Positions 1 through 10,358 of a stretch of 64,000 nt of DNA are shown here, piece by piece. Positions within the stretch are counted from its first letter, which is position 1. Each line of letters begins with the position of its first letter. This DNA comes from a virus. The stretch is taken from the IMG/VR virus record IMGVR_UViG_3300025280_000022; one strand, written 5' to 3'. Position numbers and translations under genes: made by a program. A model generated the notes under the pieces. It was given only the letters and a program-made list of their open reading frames with translations. It ran no database searches and was not told the origin of the DNA.

Positions 1-1
1 A

Positions 2-1459
2 GATATTACAGGAGACGGCGACCAGGACAACAGCGATTTCGTAATTGCCTATAAGGAAGGCGATGGAGAGACGGACTTGAGTACCGATACGGTAGTTACT
101 TTAAGTAATTCCAAGCATATGCTCCCAGGCAATAGTGGCGTTCAGAATCTAGGTTCCGTTGAGCTGCCTTATGGCAAAGTATTTAGTGATAGTCTGGCGG
201 TTGGCGTTCACCCAACCTCGTTTGTTCCCTCAGCAAATCAGCTTCACGTTGCGGGAACCCAGGTTCTTTCAGGCGACACAACCGTTAAGCTTAGTTTGAC
301 TTCCACGGGGGCAGGTACTAGCGCAAGCCAGTATATATCCTGGGATCATCCCAGTGGCATCTCCTATCTGGGAACAGTCTGTTCCTCCATTCCTAATAAT
401 GATTCGGATGTTCCTACTAATTATATGGGAATTCTTGCGAACGATAATCTACCCTTATTTCTTGGACACGTAGGATTTCGACCTATTCGTATCGATTATG
501 ATGCCACCTCTGATAAGGGGAACGTAGTTATCGGTGATGATTCGGTCACCGCGCCAGTTAGTGGCGGTAGGTCGGTTTTAACTGTCCGCAATTCGGGACT
601 CAGGGGCGCTCCTCTTCTTTCGCTGGAGTCTACAGCACCAAGTCCAGTGGCAGCACGGCCTAGTATACTGTATAAGACCGTAGGCTTTGGTAGAGGAGAC
701 GGTGGTCCAGGGAATTATTCCTGGTTGGGAGGGGCTTACAACAACGATCTTAGTTACAGACTGTCTTTTACTGGCCGCAGCGCCGAAGCCCAAGGCGGTA
801 CGGGTGACATGCTGATTGTCCATTCGCCCAGTGGCGTCGACGGAGATGCCCACAAGCCTGGTTCGGCTGGGGCTATAACTCCAGGACAAAGCGGCACACA
901 GAATTTAGGACTGCCTGACCTATCGTGGCAGACAGGATATTTGGAGCACTTAGAGGCCACCAGTGGAATGTCGCTCGGAACAGGCGTAGGGTCTACTAAT
1001 ATTATAGATAACGCGCCCGACTTCCTAGTGAGTGGCGGTAACGTTATGGTGGGCACGGGTGCTCCAGGCGCTTATAAGGTTCACATTAAGGGGGCCACCC
1101 ACGTAGAAGGAGCTTTTTCCGCTTCCAGCAAATCCTTCTTAATCGATCACCCTCTAAACCCAGGAAAAGTTTTACATTACGGGAGCCTTGAAGGTCCCGA
1201 ATATGGAGCGTATGTCCGCGGTAAGCTGGAAAACAATAACGTAATTTCATTGCCTGATTATTGGACCGCCTTGGTAGATGCCGATACCATTACGGCTCAA
1301 TTGACTCCTTATGGTTCGAGCCAAAGCCTTTATGTTCAATCAATTTCAAACAACCAAATCGTGGTGGGCTCCGATCAAGCCGAAGTTTACTGTCATTATT
1401 TTGTCCAGGCAGCGCGTAAAGACATTGGCCCATTAGTCGTAGAAAGAACTAAGGAGTAA
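2..1459 (+). CDS. Tail fibre / virion structural protein, C-terminal part (5'-truncated by the window edge)
   Basis: Frame is open from position 2. G/S/T-rich beta-strand sequence. C-terminal SKSFLIDHPL..LHYGSLEGPE.G.YVRG..LPDYW block is typical of phage tail-fibre C-termini. Confidence 0.7.
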   Translation, partial: DITGDGDQDNSDFVIAYKEGDGETDLSTDTVVTLSNSKHMLPGNSGVQNLGSVELPYGKVFSDSLAVGVHPTSFVPSANQLHVAGTQVLSGDTTVKLSLTSTGAGTSASQYISWDHPSGISYLGTVCSSIPNNDSDVPTNYMGILANDNLPLFLGHVGFRPIRIDYDATSDKGNVVIGDDSVTAPVSGGRSVLTVRNSGLRGAPLLSLESTAPSPVAARPSILYKTVGFGRGDGGPGNYSWLGGAYNNDLSYRLSFTGRSAEAQGGTGDMLIVHSPSGVDGDAHKPGSAGAITPGQSGTQNLGLPDLSWQTGYLEHLEATSGMSLGTGVGSTNIIDNAPDFLVSGGNVMVGTGAPGAYKVHIKGATHVEGAFSASSKSFLIDHPLNPGKVLHYGSLEGPEYGAYVRGKLENNNVISLPDYWTALVDADTITAQLTPYGSSQSLYVQSISNNQIVVGSDQAEVYCHYFVQAARKDIGPLVVERTKE

Positions 1460-1572
1460 AAAATTCAGCAGACCATCCGCCTGCTCCACTTCTCCCCAGA
1501 CCCTCAGGACACCTACGATCCCACGGCATTGGGCGCCAATGGACGGCAGGACATTCCTCGGTATTTAGGGTT

Positions 1573-2700
1573 ATGAAAAAAAATATCTGGCTCACTATAT
1601 TTTCTTATCTTTTGCCTAGTCTGGTTTTATGTAGCGCATTGAGCATTGCAGGAACCGCCGCTTATTTTAGCATTATTGGACTAACCGCCCTATTTCCAGG
1701 TGCGCTTGCGCCAATTATTCTTATGGGGGTCGTTTTAGAGTGCGGAAAACTGCTTGGAGCGTTATGGCTGCATCAAAACTGGGCTAAATCCCCTCGTTTT
1801 ATGCGTTATTATTTAACTTTCGCGGTTGTGGTATTAATGGGCATCACCAGCATTGGTATTTTTGGGTTCTTAGCTAAGTCTCATCTTGAACACCAAAAGG
1901 ATGCACTGCAAGAAAAGGCAGCAATTACCCAGCTTAATGATAAAATAAATTTTGAGCAGAAGCTAATCGTCCAGCATACCTCTAATATTGATAAATTAAA
2001 TACGCAAATAAGCTCCTTTAACAGCTTCAAGAAGGAAGATATCCAAACCGAAGAGAAACTGCTGCAGGAAATATACAAAAATTTAGAAAATGGCATCAAG
2101 ATAGAACAGGGGCGCATAGTTTCCCTAACTGCTCGATTTGGGGAACTGGAGGCCGAAAGATTAGTGATTCAAAACGGAAGTTCCTTCTCAAAGAGGTCCA
2201 AATTAGAGAAACTTACAGAGCAGCAAGCTCCCGAACGCGAAGAAATAAAAAATAAAACCCGCGAAGCCAATGTTAAAATAGACCTACTGCGCCAAAACTC
2301 CGACAATGAAATTAAAAAATTAAGAGAGAAAATAGACGGCTTGCGGCAACAAAGCTTAGGGACCAAAGATCAAAGCCTAGAAGAAATTGATAAATACAAT
2401 GCCTCCATATCTGTTTCTCAAAAAAATATAGATAGCCTAAACAATGAAAAATTTAAATTAGGAGATAAATTGCGCGCAATTGAAGTAGAAGTTGGTCCAA
2501 TTAAATATGTCGCCGAACTTTTATCCAGCGTCTTAGGCAAAGAAATTCCTTTGGGCACCGCAGTAAAAACACTCATAATGAGTATTATTTTTGTCTTTGA
2601 TCCGCTCGCGGTACTGCTCCTCTTGGCCTCAACATCGACCTTGCGATTTAAATTCATGTCGGCCCATGAAAAATTAAAGGCCGTAGCTAAATGGGGGTAA
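1573..2700 (+). CDS. Membrane protein with a long coiled coil (3 N-terminal TM helices, C-terminal TM)
   Basis: Hydrophobic N-terminal helices, E/K/Q-rich coiled-coil middle, EVGPIKY..FVFDPLAVLLL tail seen in large-phage membrane proteins. Confidence 0.6.
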   Translation: MKKNIWLTIFSYLLPSLVLCSALSIAGTAAYFSIIGLTALFPGALAPIILMGVVLECGKLLGALWLHQNWAKSPRFMRYYLTFAVVVLMGITSIGIFGFLAKSHLEHQKDALQEKAAITQLNDKINFEQKLIVQHTSNIDKLNTQISSFNSFKKEDIQTEEKLLQEIYKNLENGIKIEQGRIVSLTARFGELEAERLVIQNGSSFSKRSKLEKLTEQQAPEREEIKNKTREANVKIDLLRQNSDNEIKKLREKIDGLRQQSLGTKDQSLEEIDKYNASISVSQKNIDSLNNEKFKLGDKLRAIEVEVGPIKYVAELLSSVLGKEIPLGTAVKTLIMSIIFVFDPLAVLLLLASTSTLRFKFMSAHEKLKAVAKWG

Positions 2701-2856
2701 AAACCATTAATTAAAAAAAATATTGAAAACGAAAATTAAGCACAGTGGACTACATACAGCGTTGCAATAAACTGGAAATAATTCCCACGCACATGTGTAA
2801 TAGTTACCAACTATATAATATTATTTTACAAACCCCACTCTATCACTCAATCTAAA

Positions 2857-2872
2857 TTGGCACGAATCTTGC
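2857..2872 (+). promoter_or_regulatory. Sigma54 (RpoN) -24/-12 promoter
   Basis: TTGGCACGAATCTTGC matches YTGGCACG-N4-TTGC; it ends 13 nt before the ATG at 2886. Confidence 0.7.
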
Positions 2873-2885
2873 CTACATATATACA

Positions 2886-4007
2886 ATGAAACAATTAATT
2901 ACTACTCTCTTATTGTTAGGTGTTTTTTCTCTCAATGCAGCAGAAAAGAAACCTCTTAAACTTGAACGCCCTCAGCGTGCTGCGGCCCCTGAGATTTCCA
3001 AAGATCACTATGGAGCGTGGTTAGACAAAGACGGTTTTGTTAAACCTGGTCCCAAGATTAAAAATTGGATCGATGCGGATCGAGATCGTGTTGATGATCG
3101 ATATCAGGCAGGACCAGGAAAGCCTGCTGGCAAGCCTCGTCCTGAAGTAAAGCCTAAACCTGAGCCTAAGCCTGAGCCTAAACCAGAGGTAAAGCCTAAG
3201 CCCGACAAGAAGACTCCTGAACGCCACTTCCCCTTGCATTGGGGACGACCGCCCGAAAGACAAACCCGTGATTTAGTAGATCTTCCTGGAAAGTTCGGTA
3301 AAGGAAGTAGCACGTTAGCCAAGTGGATTGAAAAAAACTTACGCGAAGACGGAGATTGGCATAAAAAGCCCCCCGCCCCAAAAAAGCCGCTGCTTCCCAA
3401 AGAAGGGGACCCTGAAGGCGAAAAGCCTAAAGCCAAGAGGCCCGAGCGCCCTACGCGACCAGAACTTCCAAGGGAGCTTAAGGCCAAACTTGATTCTTAT
3501 AAAAAAGAAAAAGAAACCTTGGGACATGAGCTCAAGAAGGCTATCAAGGAACTCGAAAAGCCCAGTCGCAAAGCGGTAAAAGAAGTGGTGGAGGCGTTTC
3601 ATAAAGCCCACAAGGATCGTTTTGAGGCCCAAAAGGAGCTCGGAAAAGAGATTAAAGAAGGGTTTAGGGCAACGAGGCCCGAAAGGCCCTCAAAGCCCGA
3701 AGTCTCCAAGGAGGTCGAAACTCTTCGTAAGCAGAGCGGCGACGTAATGAAGAAACTTCACGAGAGCAAAAAAGCTCTTATGGAAAAACTTAAGGCCTCC
3801 AAGCGTGAGGATCACAAAGATATCCTCGGAGCCTTTAGAGAGGAACAAGGCTCTTTAATGAACGAATTAAAAGATATTCAAAAACAAATTAGGGAAGAAA
3901 TGGATAAAGGACGCCCTACGGATGAGGTTCATGAAAAGCGGCGCCCTCCCCGTCGCCCCATTAAAGAAAAGGAGCCTCACCAACGCAGGCCTGCGGATAG
4001 ATCGTAA
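2886..4007 (+). CDS. Secreted Pro/Lys/Glu-rich protein with KPEP repeats
   Basis: Signal peptide MKQLITTLLLLGVFSLNA, (KPEP/KPEV)n repeats, HWGRPP..QTRDL..LPG.FGKGSSTLAKWI block, helical C-terminus. Confidence 0.6.
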   Translation: MKQLITTLLLLGVFSLNAAEKKPLKLERPQRAAAPEISKDHYGAWLDKDGFVKPGPKIKNWIDADRDRVDDRYQAGPGKPAGKPRPEVKPKPEPKPEPKPEVKPKPDKKTPERHFPLHWGRPPERQTRDLVDLPGKFGKGSSTLAKWIEKNLREDGDWHKKPPAPKKPLLPKEGDPEGEKPKAKRPERPTRPELPRELKAKLDSYKKEKETLGHELKKAIKELEKPSRKAVKEVVEAFHKAHKDRFEAQKELGKEIKEGFRATRPERPSKPEVSKEVETLRKQSGDVMKKLHESKKALMEKLKASKREDHKDILGAFREEQGSLMNELKDIQKQIREEMDKGRPTDEVHEKRRPPRRPIKEKEPHQRRPADRS

Positions 4008-4018
4008 AAGTAGTCGTC

Positions 4019-4276
4019 CTATTCCTCAAAAGGCTCCCTACGTGGGAGCCTTTTTTGGAGGTCTTCTATATAGTCAAATACTAAAATTTTCTTATTCAAT
4101 GCGGTAGGTTTAATTTGAGTTATTAAATAATTATTTCGATAAAGGCGCCTACAGACCTCCCTTGCATAGCGCTCTCCGACGACTACCACTATACAGGTCG
4201 TTTTTTTAACCTCTGAATATAATTGTATAATTTGATTACTATATTCTTCGCATATACTATAAGCTCTTTCATGCAT
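4019..4276 (-). CDS. Hypothetical protein (likely start MHERAY)
   Basis: Part of ORF 4019..4369; the ATG at 4276 lies about 10 nt downstream of a minus-strand GTGTA motif. Confidence 0.45.
   Translation of the reverse strand: MHERAYSICEEYSNQIIQLYSEVKKTTCIVVVVGERYAREVCRRLYRNNYLITQIKPTALNKKILVFDYIEDLQKRLPRREPFEE
4028..4056. terminator. Bidirectional intrinsic terminator
   Basis: AAAAGGCTCCC-tacgt-GGGAGCCTTTTTT between convergent genes. Confidence 0.8.
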
Positions 4277-4341
4277 GTCTGAATATACACTGCGCCACTT
4301 TCTAATAGAAAAGCCCTTCGATGCGCATATCATATAGGTAT

Positions 4342-5277
4342 ATGAAAAAATTCTTATCAAAGTTCGCAATCGGTTTATTGTTGATGTTTTCTAGCGCACA
4401 GGGCGAAGATACCCTCGAACGCAAAAAGGTTTCGGAGCATTTGCAAAATATTTCTGTGACCATCAAATCACAGGGAGAATATAGCACCTCTGAAGGGTCA
4501 GGGGTTTTAATCGTAAGAGAAGTCAAAGGCGAACAAGTTACCTTTGTATGGACCGCAGCTCATGTTATTGATAATTTACGTACGGTTCGCGAGGTTATTA
4601 ATGAAGAGGGTCAGGCACGTAAGGTTGTAGAGTTTAAAGATCCCCAAATTGTCAAAGAGTTAATTGAGAATGGCCGTCGGGTGGGAGAAATTAAGATGGA
4701 TGCCGTAGTAGTAAAATATTCTGACGCTGAGGACGGACACGATCTAGCACTGCTAATGGTGCGCGCTAAAGACTATGGAAAGGGAAGCGCATCATTCTTT
4801 TTAAACAAGAAAGACCCAATTGTTCCCATCGGTACCCCCTTATATCATGTAGGCTCGCTTTTGGGACAAATGGGAGCTAATTCCATGACTTCAGGAATTG
4901 TTTCGCAAGTGGGGCGCACATCGGGCAAGGTGGAATTCGATCAAACTACCGTTACCGCATTCCCAGGTTCTTCAGGCGGCGGCGTCTTCCTTCAAGATGG
5001 CCGTTATATGGGGATGTTAGTACGAGGAGCGGGGGAAGGTTTTAATTTAGTTGTTCCCGTGCGGAGAATGATGGAGTGGGCTAAATCTACTAATTTATTG
5101 TGGGCGCTTGATCCTGAGCTAGAGGTGCCCACGCTGAACGAAATTGAAGCAATTTCAGTAGAAGATGCGGGGCTAAAAAGGAAGAGGGGAGGGCGCCCCG
5201 ACAAGAAAAAATTTCCCTTTCTTATTAAGACGGTAGCCGCTGCCCCGCTTATTTTTGGGCCGCAGCTTGAGCGGTGA
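4342..5277 (+). CDS. Secreted trypsin-like serine protease
   Basis: Signal peptide; TAAHV (His), DLALL (Asp), PGSSGGGV (Ser) catalytic triad motifs. Confidence 0.85.
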   Translation: MKKFLSKFAIGLLLMFSSAQGEDTLERKKVSEHLQNISVTIKSQGEYSTSEGSGVLIVREVKGEQVTFVWTAAHVIDNLRTVREVINEEGQARKVVEFKDPQIVKELIENGRRVGEIKMDAVVVKYSDAEDGHDLALLMVRAKDYGKGSASFFLNKKDPIVPIGTPLYHVGSLLGQMGANSMTSGIVSQVGRTSGKVEFDQTTVTAFPGSSGGGVFLQDGRYMGMLVRGAGEGFNLVVPVRRMMEWAKSTNLLWALDPELEVPTLNEIEAISVEDAGLKRKRGGRPDKKKFPFLIKTVAAAPLIFGPQLER

Positions 5278-5281
5278 CGGA

Positions 5282-5584
5282 TTAGATTAGTCGTGCCTTG
5301 GGCGGAGATGGCGGGACGCCGTAAAGGAAATCTATGAAGCGCTTTAAAATTTCGAGCTCTTCAGCATTTAATTCACTTAGTTCTCGCTCTATTTGCTTCA
5401 CTTCCGCGGGAATCAAAAAAGGTCGATTAATTTTTTTAAGTCTAATACTCGTCATCCCTCTTACCTTTTCTATAATAATAAATTTATCAGGCTGAGGTGG
5501 AGGACTTGGAGAGGATATGGCCTTTTCCGTAAGGCAGCCTGGGGCGACCAGCAATAATATGAGAACAAATATCTTTTTCCGCAT
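5282..5584 (-). CDS. Putative lipoprotein
   Basis: MRKKIFVLILLLVAPGC lipobox-like signal; GTGTA motif 9 nt upstream. Confidence 0.55.
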   Translation of the reverse strand: MRKKIFVLILLLVAPGCLTEKAISSPSPPPQPDKFIIIEKVRGMTSIRLKKINRPFLIPAEVKQIERELSELNAEELEILKRFIDFLYGVPPSPPKARLI

Positions 5585-5645
5585 GTATAATAATACACTT
5601 TCGTATTGACTTTACCGAGTATTCATGCTAAACTAAGTGGTTTAA

Positions 5646-5984
5646 ATGAAATTCAACAAGCGCCACATTATAGAAAAACTAATTATTATCCCCGCCAAGG
5701 GTCGCCGACCCTTCTGGGCCAAACAGATGGCAATTCTTAACAAGCTCCTGAAAAAATTTCCCAGCCAAGAGTTTTGGAGCAAGGTATGCTTTCCGAAAAA
5801 ATACGAGGGAATGGAATATCTTATGAGTGAATATGGAGTTAAATTATTGGAACAAAAATATCGTGATTTTAATTACAAAATCCCCCCTCCTCCCAAATTT
5901 TCCTTTGGGAATAACAAAATAGGAGAGGCGCCCAAATTACCTCCTAAAACCCTTAATCTTAGACAGTTTTTACAAGATGACTAA
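5646..5984 (+). CDS. Hypothetical protein, first gene of the replication operon
   Basis: Follows a TTGACT-N17-TAAACT promoter; overlaps the recA start. Confidence 0.6.
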   Translation: MKFNKRHIIEKLIIIPAKGRRPFWAKQMAILNKLLKKFPSQEFWSKVCFPKKYEGMEYLMSEYGVKLLEQKYRDFNYKIPPPPKFSFGNNKIGEAPKLPPKTLNLRQFLQDD

Positions 5985-7080
5985 AGCAGTAACCTCTTCC
6001 TCCGAACAAATAAAATCCTTTCTCCAAGACAAGGAGAATAAAAAATATCACTACAATGATTATGAGGAATTAAATTATAAAATTCCTTGTGGGAGCCTTA
6101 ATCTTGACCTGGCTTTAGATGGAGGATTTCCCGCGGGGGTTCATCGTTTTACAGGAGTAAATGAAGGGGGTAAAACTTCTTGTGCGTTAGCTGTAGCCAA
6201 AAACTTTCAAGATTATTTTAAAGAAGACGGAAAAGTTATCTACATTAAAAGCGAGGGGAGGCTCGGCCCTGAACTCATAGAGCGCTCGGGCATTGATGTC
6301 TCCGAAGAAAATTTTTTTAAATTCGATTGCAATATATTTGAAAAAGTTTTTGACTTGATTAGGTTGCTCGTAGATGAAAACCACGAAGACAAGAAGTATT
6401 TATTTATTATTGATAGCGTGGATGCATTATGTCGCCAAAACGATTATAATAAGCCTTTTGTAGAAAGCGAACAGGTGGCGGGGGGAGCCTTAATCACTTC
6501 GGTCTTTTTAAAAAAAATGGTACTTCCTATCATGAAGCTTAACCATATGATGATCTTAACCTCTCAAGTGCGCGTAGAGGTTGCGACGAATCCTTACGCA
6601 GCCCGTGGAGGCCCCAAAACCAAACAGGCGGGCGGCAACGCCATTAAGCATTATGCTAATTTTATCCTTGAATTTCAAGATAGGTATACCAGCGACATTA
6701 TTTTTGAAAATCCCAGCGCAGCAAAACTGCAAGACAAAGGCTCGCCCCTCGGCCATTTTTGTAAAGTAATTTTTCGCAAAAGTATTAACGAAAAAACAGG
6801 AGCTCAGGTTCGCTATCCTATACGGTATGGACGTAAAAGGGGTACCTCGGTATGGGTAGAGCGAGAACTCATCGAGTTGTTATATCTCTGGGGCTACTTA
6901 GAAAAAAAAGGCGCCTGGATTTCTTTTGACGCAGACCTTGTAAAAAAAATTAAGAGCGATGGAATAGAATGTTCTGAAAAAATTCAAGGCGAGCCCAAGC
7001 TCGTGGAATACCTCGAGCGCAATCCTGAACTCCAGGGGTTTCTCCTGGCTTACATAAAAGAAGAATTCGCCGCTTTGTGA
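5977..7080 (+). CDS. recA: RecA/UvsX-like recombinase
   Basis: GSLNLDLALDGGFP, Walker A GVNEGGKT, IIDSVDAL, QVR..GGNAIKHYA motifs. Confidence 0.9.
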   Translation: MTKAVTSSSEQIKSFLQDKENKKYHYNDYEELNYKIPCGSLNLDLALDGGFPAGVHRFTGVNEGGKTSCALAVAKNFQDYFKEDGKVIYIKSEGRLGPELIERSGIDVSEENFFKFDCNIFEKVFDLIRLLVDENHEDKKYLFIIDSVDALCRQNDYNKPFVESEQVAGGALITSVFLKKMVLPIMKLNHMMILTSQVRVEVATNPYAARGGPKTKQAGGNAIKHYANFILEFQDRYTSDIIFENPSAAKLQDKGSPLGHFCKVIFRKSINEKTGAQVRYPIRYGRKRGTSVWVERELIELLYLWGYLEKKGAWISFDADLVKKIKSDGIECSEKIQGEPKLVEYLERNPELQGFLLAYIKEEFAAL

Positions 7081-7487
7081 AGTTTATAACTTTAGGCGGA
7101 AAAGAACGTAGGATTTTAAGGCTTAAAAAATACCTTATTGACTGGGACGGTAAAAGCAGGAGCAAGCTACAGCGGGGCGTTAAAAAATATTTAAAAAAAC
7201 ACTGGCGCCACCATATAGTTTTTGAGGAGTTCCCCGTAGCGGGAAGCAGAATGACCTTTGATTTTTATAATTCCAATAAACGCATTGCTATCGAAGTGCA
7301 GGGCGCGCAACATGACAAATATGTACCCTTCTTTCATGGCCGCAACAAAATTAACCACATCGCTCAATTAAGGCGCGACGTGAATAAAGAAAAATTTTGC
7401 GAGCTTAATTCTATTACCTTAATACAAATCCTTTCCACTGATATTTTAACCGATGACTTTTTTCGCAGATGTGGAGCAATAACATAA
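7077..7487 (+). CDS. PD-(D/E)XK (Vsr/DUF559-like) endonuclease
   Basis: FDFY..IAIEVQG.QH and RD..K..FC motifs. Confidence 0.7.
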   Translation: MKFITLGGKERRILRLKKYLIDWDGKSRSKLQRGVKKYLKKHWRHHIVFEEFPVAGSRMTFDFYNSNKRIAIEVQGAQHDKYVPFFHGRNKINHIAQLRRDVNKEKFCELNSITLIQILSTDILTDDFFRRCGAIT

Positions 7488-7505
7488 TTAAGTGTATTAT
7501 ATAAT

Positions 7506-7772
7506 ATGCCTCTTTTTGACGCCAACAATGAGGACCTGAGCCCCTTTACTCTTCCTGAGAGCACTCTTTTACAACTTTTTGAATTAACAGGAGGTGTGGA
7601 TTCCCATAAAGGTATTATTTTGGCCTATGTAAACGAAGACGGTGCGCCTGTAATTTTCTCCAAGACCGCTAATCAAATAGTGGAGATGGGACTCCATCGC
7701 GCCCTGGAGCAGTTTGTGAGTGAAGCCAAGGTAGGCACGGGGATAGAATTTCCCCCGTCTAGCGAGGAATGA
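7506..7772 (+). CDS. Hypothetical protein
   Basis: Clean ORF preceded by a GTGTA motif. Confidence 0.55.
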   Translation: MPLFDANNEDLSPFTLPESTLLQLFELTGGVDSHKGIILAYVNEDGAPVIFSKTANQIVEMGLHRALEQFVSEAKVGTGIEFPPSSEE

Positions 7773-7809
7773 CTTGACAAATCATTCTATTTCTGTTAAC
7801 CTAGAGTGA

Positions 7810-9318
7810 ATGATTCACTCAAAAGAACTAGAAAAAAACCTTTTAGCTGCATTACTTCGTTTTCCTCATAAGTACGTGGAGATTGCCAGCTTTATAGATG
7901 AAAATGACTTTTATACAGAAACCAGCATTGTCCACCAAACCCTATTTAAAGTCCTTAAAACTGCTCTAGAATCAGGGGATGCCATAAATGATGTAATTTT
8001 ATCCGAAAGAGTTAAGAGTTTTATTTCTTCTTTCGAGGATAATATTAACATTACGGAGTATATCAAATCTCTTTCCTTGATAAAAATCGCAGACGAGAGC
8101 GTGGTGGCCCTCGCAAAAGAACTAAAAAAACATACCGTTAGGCGTGAGATTTATAATTCCTCCCTTAAGGTGGCGGATAAAATGAAAAGGCTCCCGCGCT
8201 CCTCTTCTTTTGACGAGATTATTTCCACGGCTGATTCCGCTTATAATGAACAAATTAATCTCTATTTAATGCGAGAGGATGCTCCCCGCAATATATTTGA
8301 AAAAATGGAGGCCATGGTTGAGGACCGCGGAGAAAACCCCGATAAATATAAAGAGGCGGGATTCATGTCTCCCCATCCTCGCCTTAATGAAACCTATGGT
8401 TCGCTTTTGCGGCCAGGAAATATTACCGTCATTGTGGCGCGTTCAGGAGTGGGAAAAACTTCTTTTTGTTTAAATTTCGCCACTAAAGTTTCGGCGGCCT
8501 ATAACCATACCCCCGTCTTACATTTTGATAATGGCGAGATGAGCGAGACCGAAATCATCATGCGCCAATGCGCCGCCCTCTCAGGTGTTCCTCTTACTTT
8601 TCTTGAAGACGGCAAATGGCGGCAGAACGAGGATTTTGTAAAAAAAGTTAGAGAGACGTGGCCCAAAATCAAAAATATGAAATTTTATTATTATAATGTG
8701 GCAGGTCTTACCGCAGACAGCATGCTTAATATTATTCGTCGCTTTTATTACTCCAAGGTAGGCCGCGGAAATAAAATGATTTTTAGCTTTGATTATATTA
8801 AAACTGCGGCCGAACGTTCAAACAACAAAAGCTCTTGGGAGTTAGTGGGCGAAATGGTAAACAAGTTTAAACAACTTATCCACAAAGAAATTATTTTTGA
8901 TGAAGAGCCCGTCATCTCCATGCTTACTAGCGTTCAAAGTAATCGTTATGGAATTACTCATAATCGTACTTCTGATGCTGTGATTGAAGATGAATCTATT
9001 GTGGCCCTTTCTGATCAAATAACACAATACTCTTCGCATATGTTTATTTTACGCCAAAAAACCCTTGACGAAATGCAGTCTCACCCTGCGGGTTGCGGTA
9101 CCCATAAACTTATTTGCGTTAAATATCGTCATTTGGGCGAAGATGTTCATCGTGCCCTCCAGCCCGTCGAGTGGATAGACGGTTCAAAAAAGAAAAATGC
9201 TATTTTTCTTGATTTTGACAATTTTGATATTACTGAAAAAGGAGACCTTCGCGATTTGGCGCTTCAACTCTCTACGGATCTCGTTCTTGAGTCCAGTGAC
9301 CCAATCGACCTTTTATGA
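7810..9318 (+). CDS. dnaB: Replicative DNA helicase (DnaB family)
   Basis: N-terminal HS.ELE..LLA, Walker A ARSGVGKT, EM, FDYIK, Q.NR motifs. Confidence 0.9.
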   Translation: MIHSKELEKNLLAALLRFPHKYVEIASFIDENDFYTETSIVHQTLFKVLKTALESGDAINDVILSERVKSFISSFEDNINITEYIKSLSLIKIADESVVALAKELKKHTVRREIYNSSLKVADKMKRLPRSSSFDEIISTADSAYNEQINLYLMREDAPRNIFEKMEAMVEDRGENPDKYKEAGFMSPHPRLNETYGSLLRPGNITVIVARSGVGKTSFCLNFATKVSAAYNHTPVLHFDNGEMSETEIIMRQCAALSGVPLTFLEDGKWRQNEDFVKKVRETWPKIKNMKFYYYNVAGLTADSMLNIIRRFYYSKVGRGNKMIFSFDYIKTAAERSNNKSSWELVGEMVNKFKQLIHKEIIFDEEPVISMLTSVQSNRYGITHNRTSDAVIEDESIVALSDQITQYSSHMFILRQKTLDEMQSHPAGCGTHKLICVKYRHLGEDVHRALQPVEWIDGSKKKNAIFLDFDNFDITEKGDLRDLALQLSTDLVLESSDPIDLL

Positions 9319-10358
9319 AATTAAACCCTAGCGAAATCGAAGAAATTTTAATATCTTTGGGATATAACCTCACAGATCAGGGTTCCTATTGGCAAACCAA
9401 TGCAGTTTTTAGAAATGGCGATAACAAAACCGCGTTACAAATATATAAAGACTCGGGGGTATGGCGGGATTATGTGGCCCAAACCGCACCGATGCCCTTT
9501 AGAGCGTTGCTTGAAGCTCATTTAGGGACTAACGCATCCAAAGAAATCAATAAATATCTTAAGACAGAGACTAGAGGCTCTTTTTACAAAAAACCTCAAA
9601 ATGACTATAAAATAGAAATGGAAGAATTACATTCAATGCAGGAATTAAAAAAATTCTTGCCTCATTATAAATTTTACAACAACAAGGGAATTTCAAGCGG
9701 CCTCTTGCAAACCCTCAAAGCAGGACTTTCCACCCAAGGGCAATTGTACCAAAGATTTGTCTTTCCAATTTTTAATTCCCATCAACAGATACATGGTTTT
9801 GCGGGGCGCGACATGGCAGATCATCCTGATCGGCCCAAATGGAAGCATGTTGGTAAAAAAACACAGTGGGTATATCCTCTTCATATTTACCCTTCTACTC
9901 GCGACGCTATTGTCGCAAATGGAGTTATTTTGGTGGAGAGTATTGGAGACATGCTCAATTTAATAGAAAATGGTTTTAGCAATGTATTGGTGGTTTTTGG
10001 CCTCGATGTTTCTCCTGCCCTTATGTGCTCCCTAATTGCTCTTGCGCCATCATCTATTACTCTTTCTCTCAACAACGATAAGGAAAGCGCCGTAAATCGC
10101 GGTCTTTTGGGTTGCTGTAAAAATTATCTTAAACTCCTTACCCACTTTGATCCTGAGCTCATAAAAATTTGCCTTCCCGTGAAAAATGATTTCGGAGAAA
10201 TGGAAGCCGAAAACTTTGAGAAGTGGGAAACAAAACTCAAGAATACCTCTCTTTCGGATCAATTACCTTATCTTCTAGAATATATGCAAAAATTTCATAA
10301 CGACAAGCTTATTTCCAAAAATCTTTATAAAAATATTAAAATATTAAAAAATTTATGA
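9315..10358 (+). CDS. dnaG: DNA primase (TOPRIM)
   Basis: RFVFPI..GFAGR..PKWK, ILVESIGDML, next to the helicase. Confidence 0.8.
   Translation: MKLNPSEIEEILISLGYNLTDQGSYWQTNAVFRNGDNKTALQIYKDSGVWRDYVAQTAPMPFRALLEAHLGTNASKEINKYLKTETRGSFYKKPQNDYKIEMEELHSMQELKKFLPHYKFYNNKGISSGLLQTLKAGLSTQGQLYQRFVFPIFNSHQQIHGFAGRDMADHPDRPKWKHVGKKTQWVYPLHIYPSTRDAIVANGVILVESIGDMLNLIENGFSNVLVVFGLDVSPALMCSLIALAPSSITLSLNNDKESAVNRGLLGCCKNYLKLLTHFDPELIKICLPVKNDFGEMEAENFEKWETKLKNTSLSDQLPYLLEYMQKFHNDKLISKNLYKNIKILKNL

Noticed and set aside
1460-1572. GC-rich intergenic stretch with a cattgg/ccaatg hairpin; possible ribozyme or sRNA
   Set aside because: Only one short helix is supportable, with no recognisable family motif or second copy.
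3140-3205. Tandem 12-nt repeats
   Set aside because: They simply encode the KPEP/KPEV linker of the secreted protein.
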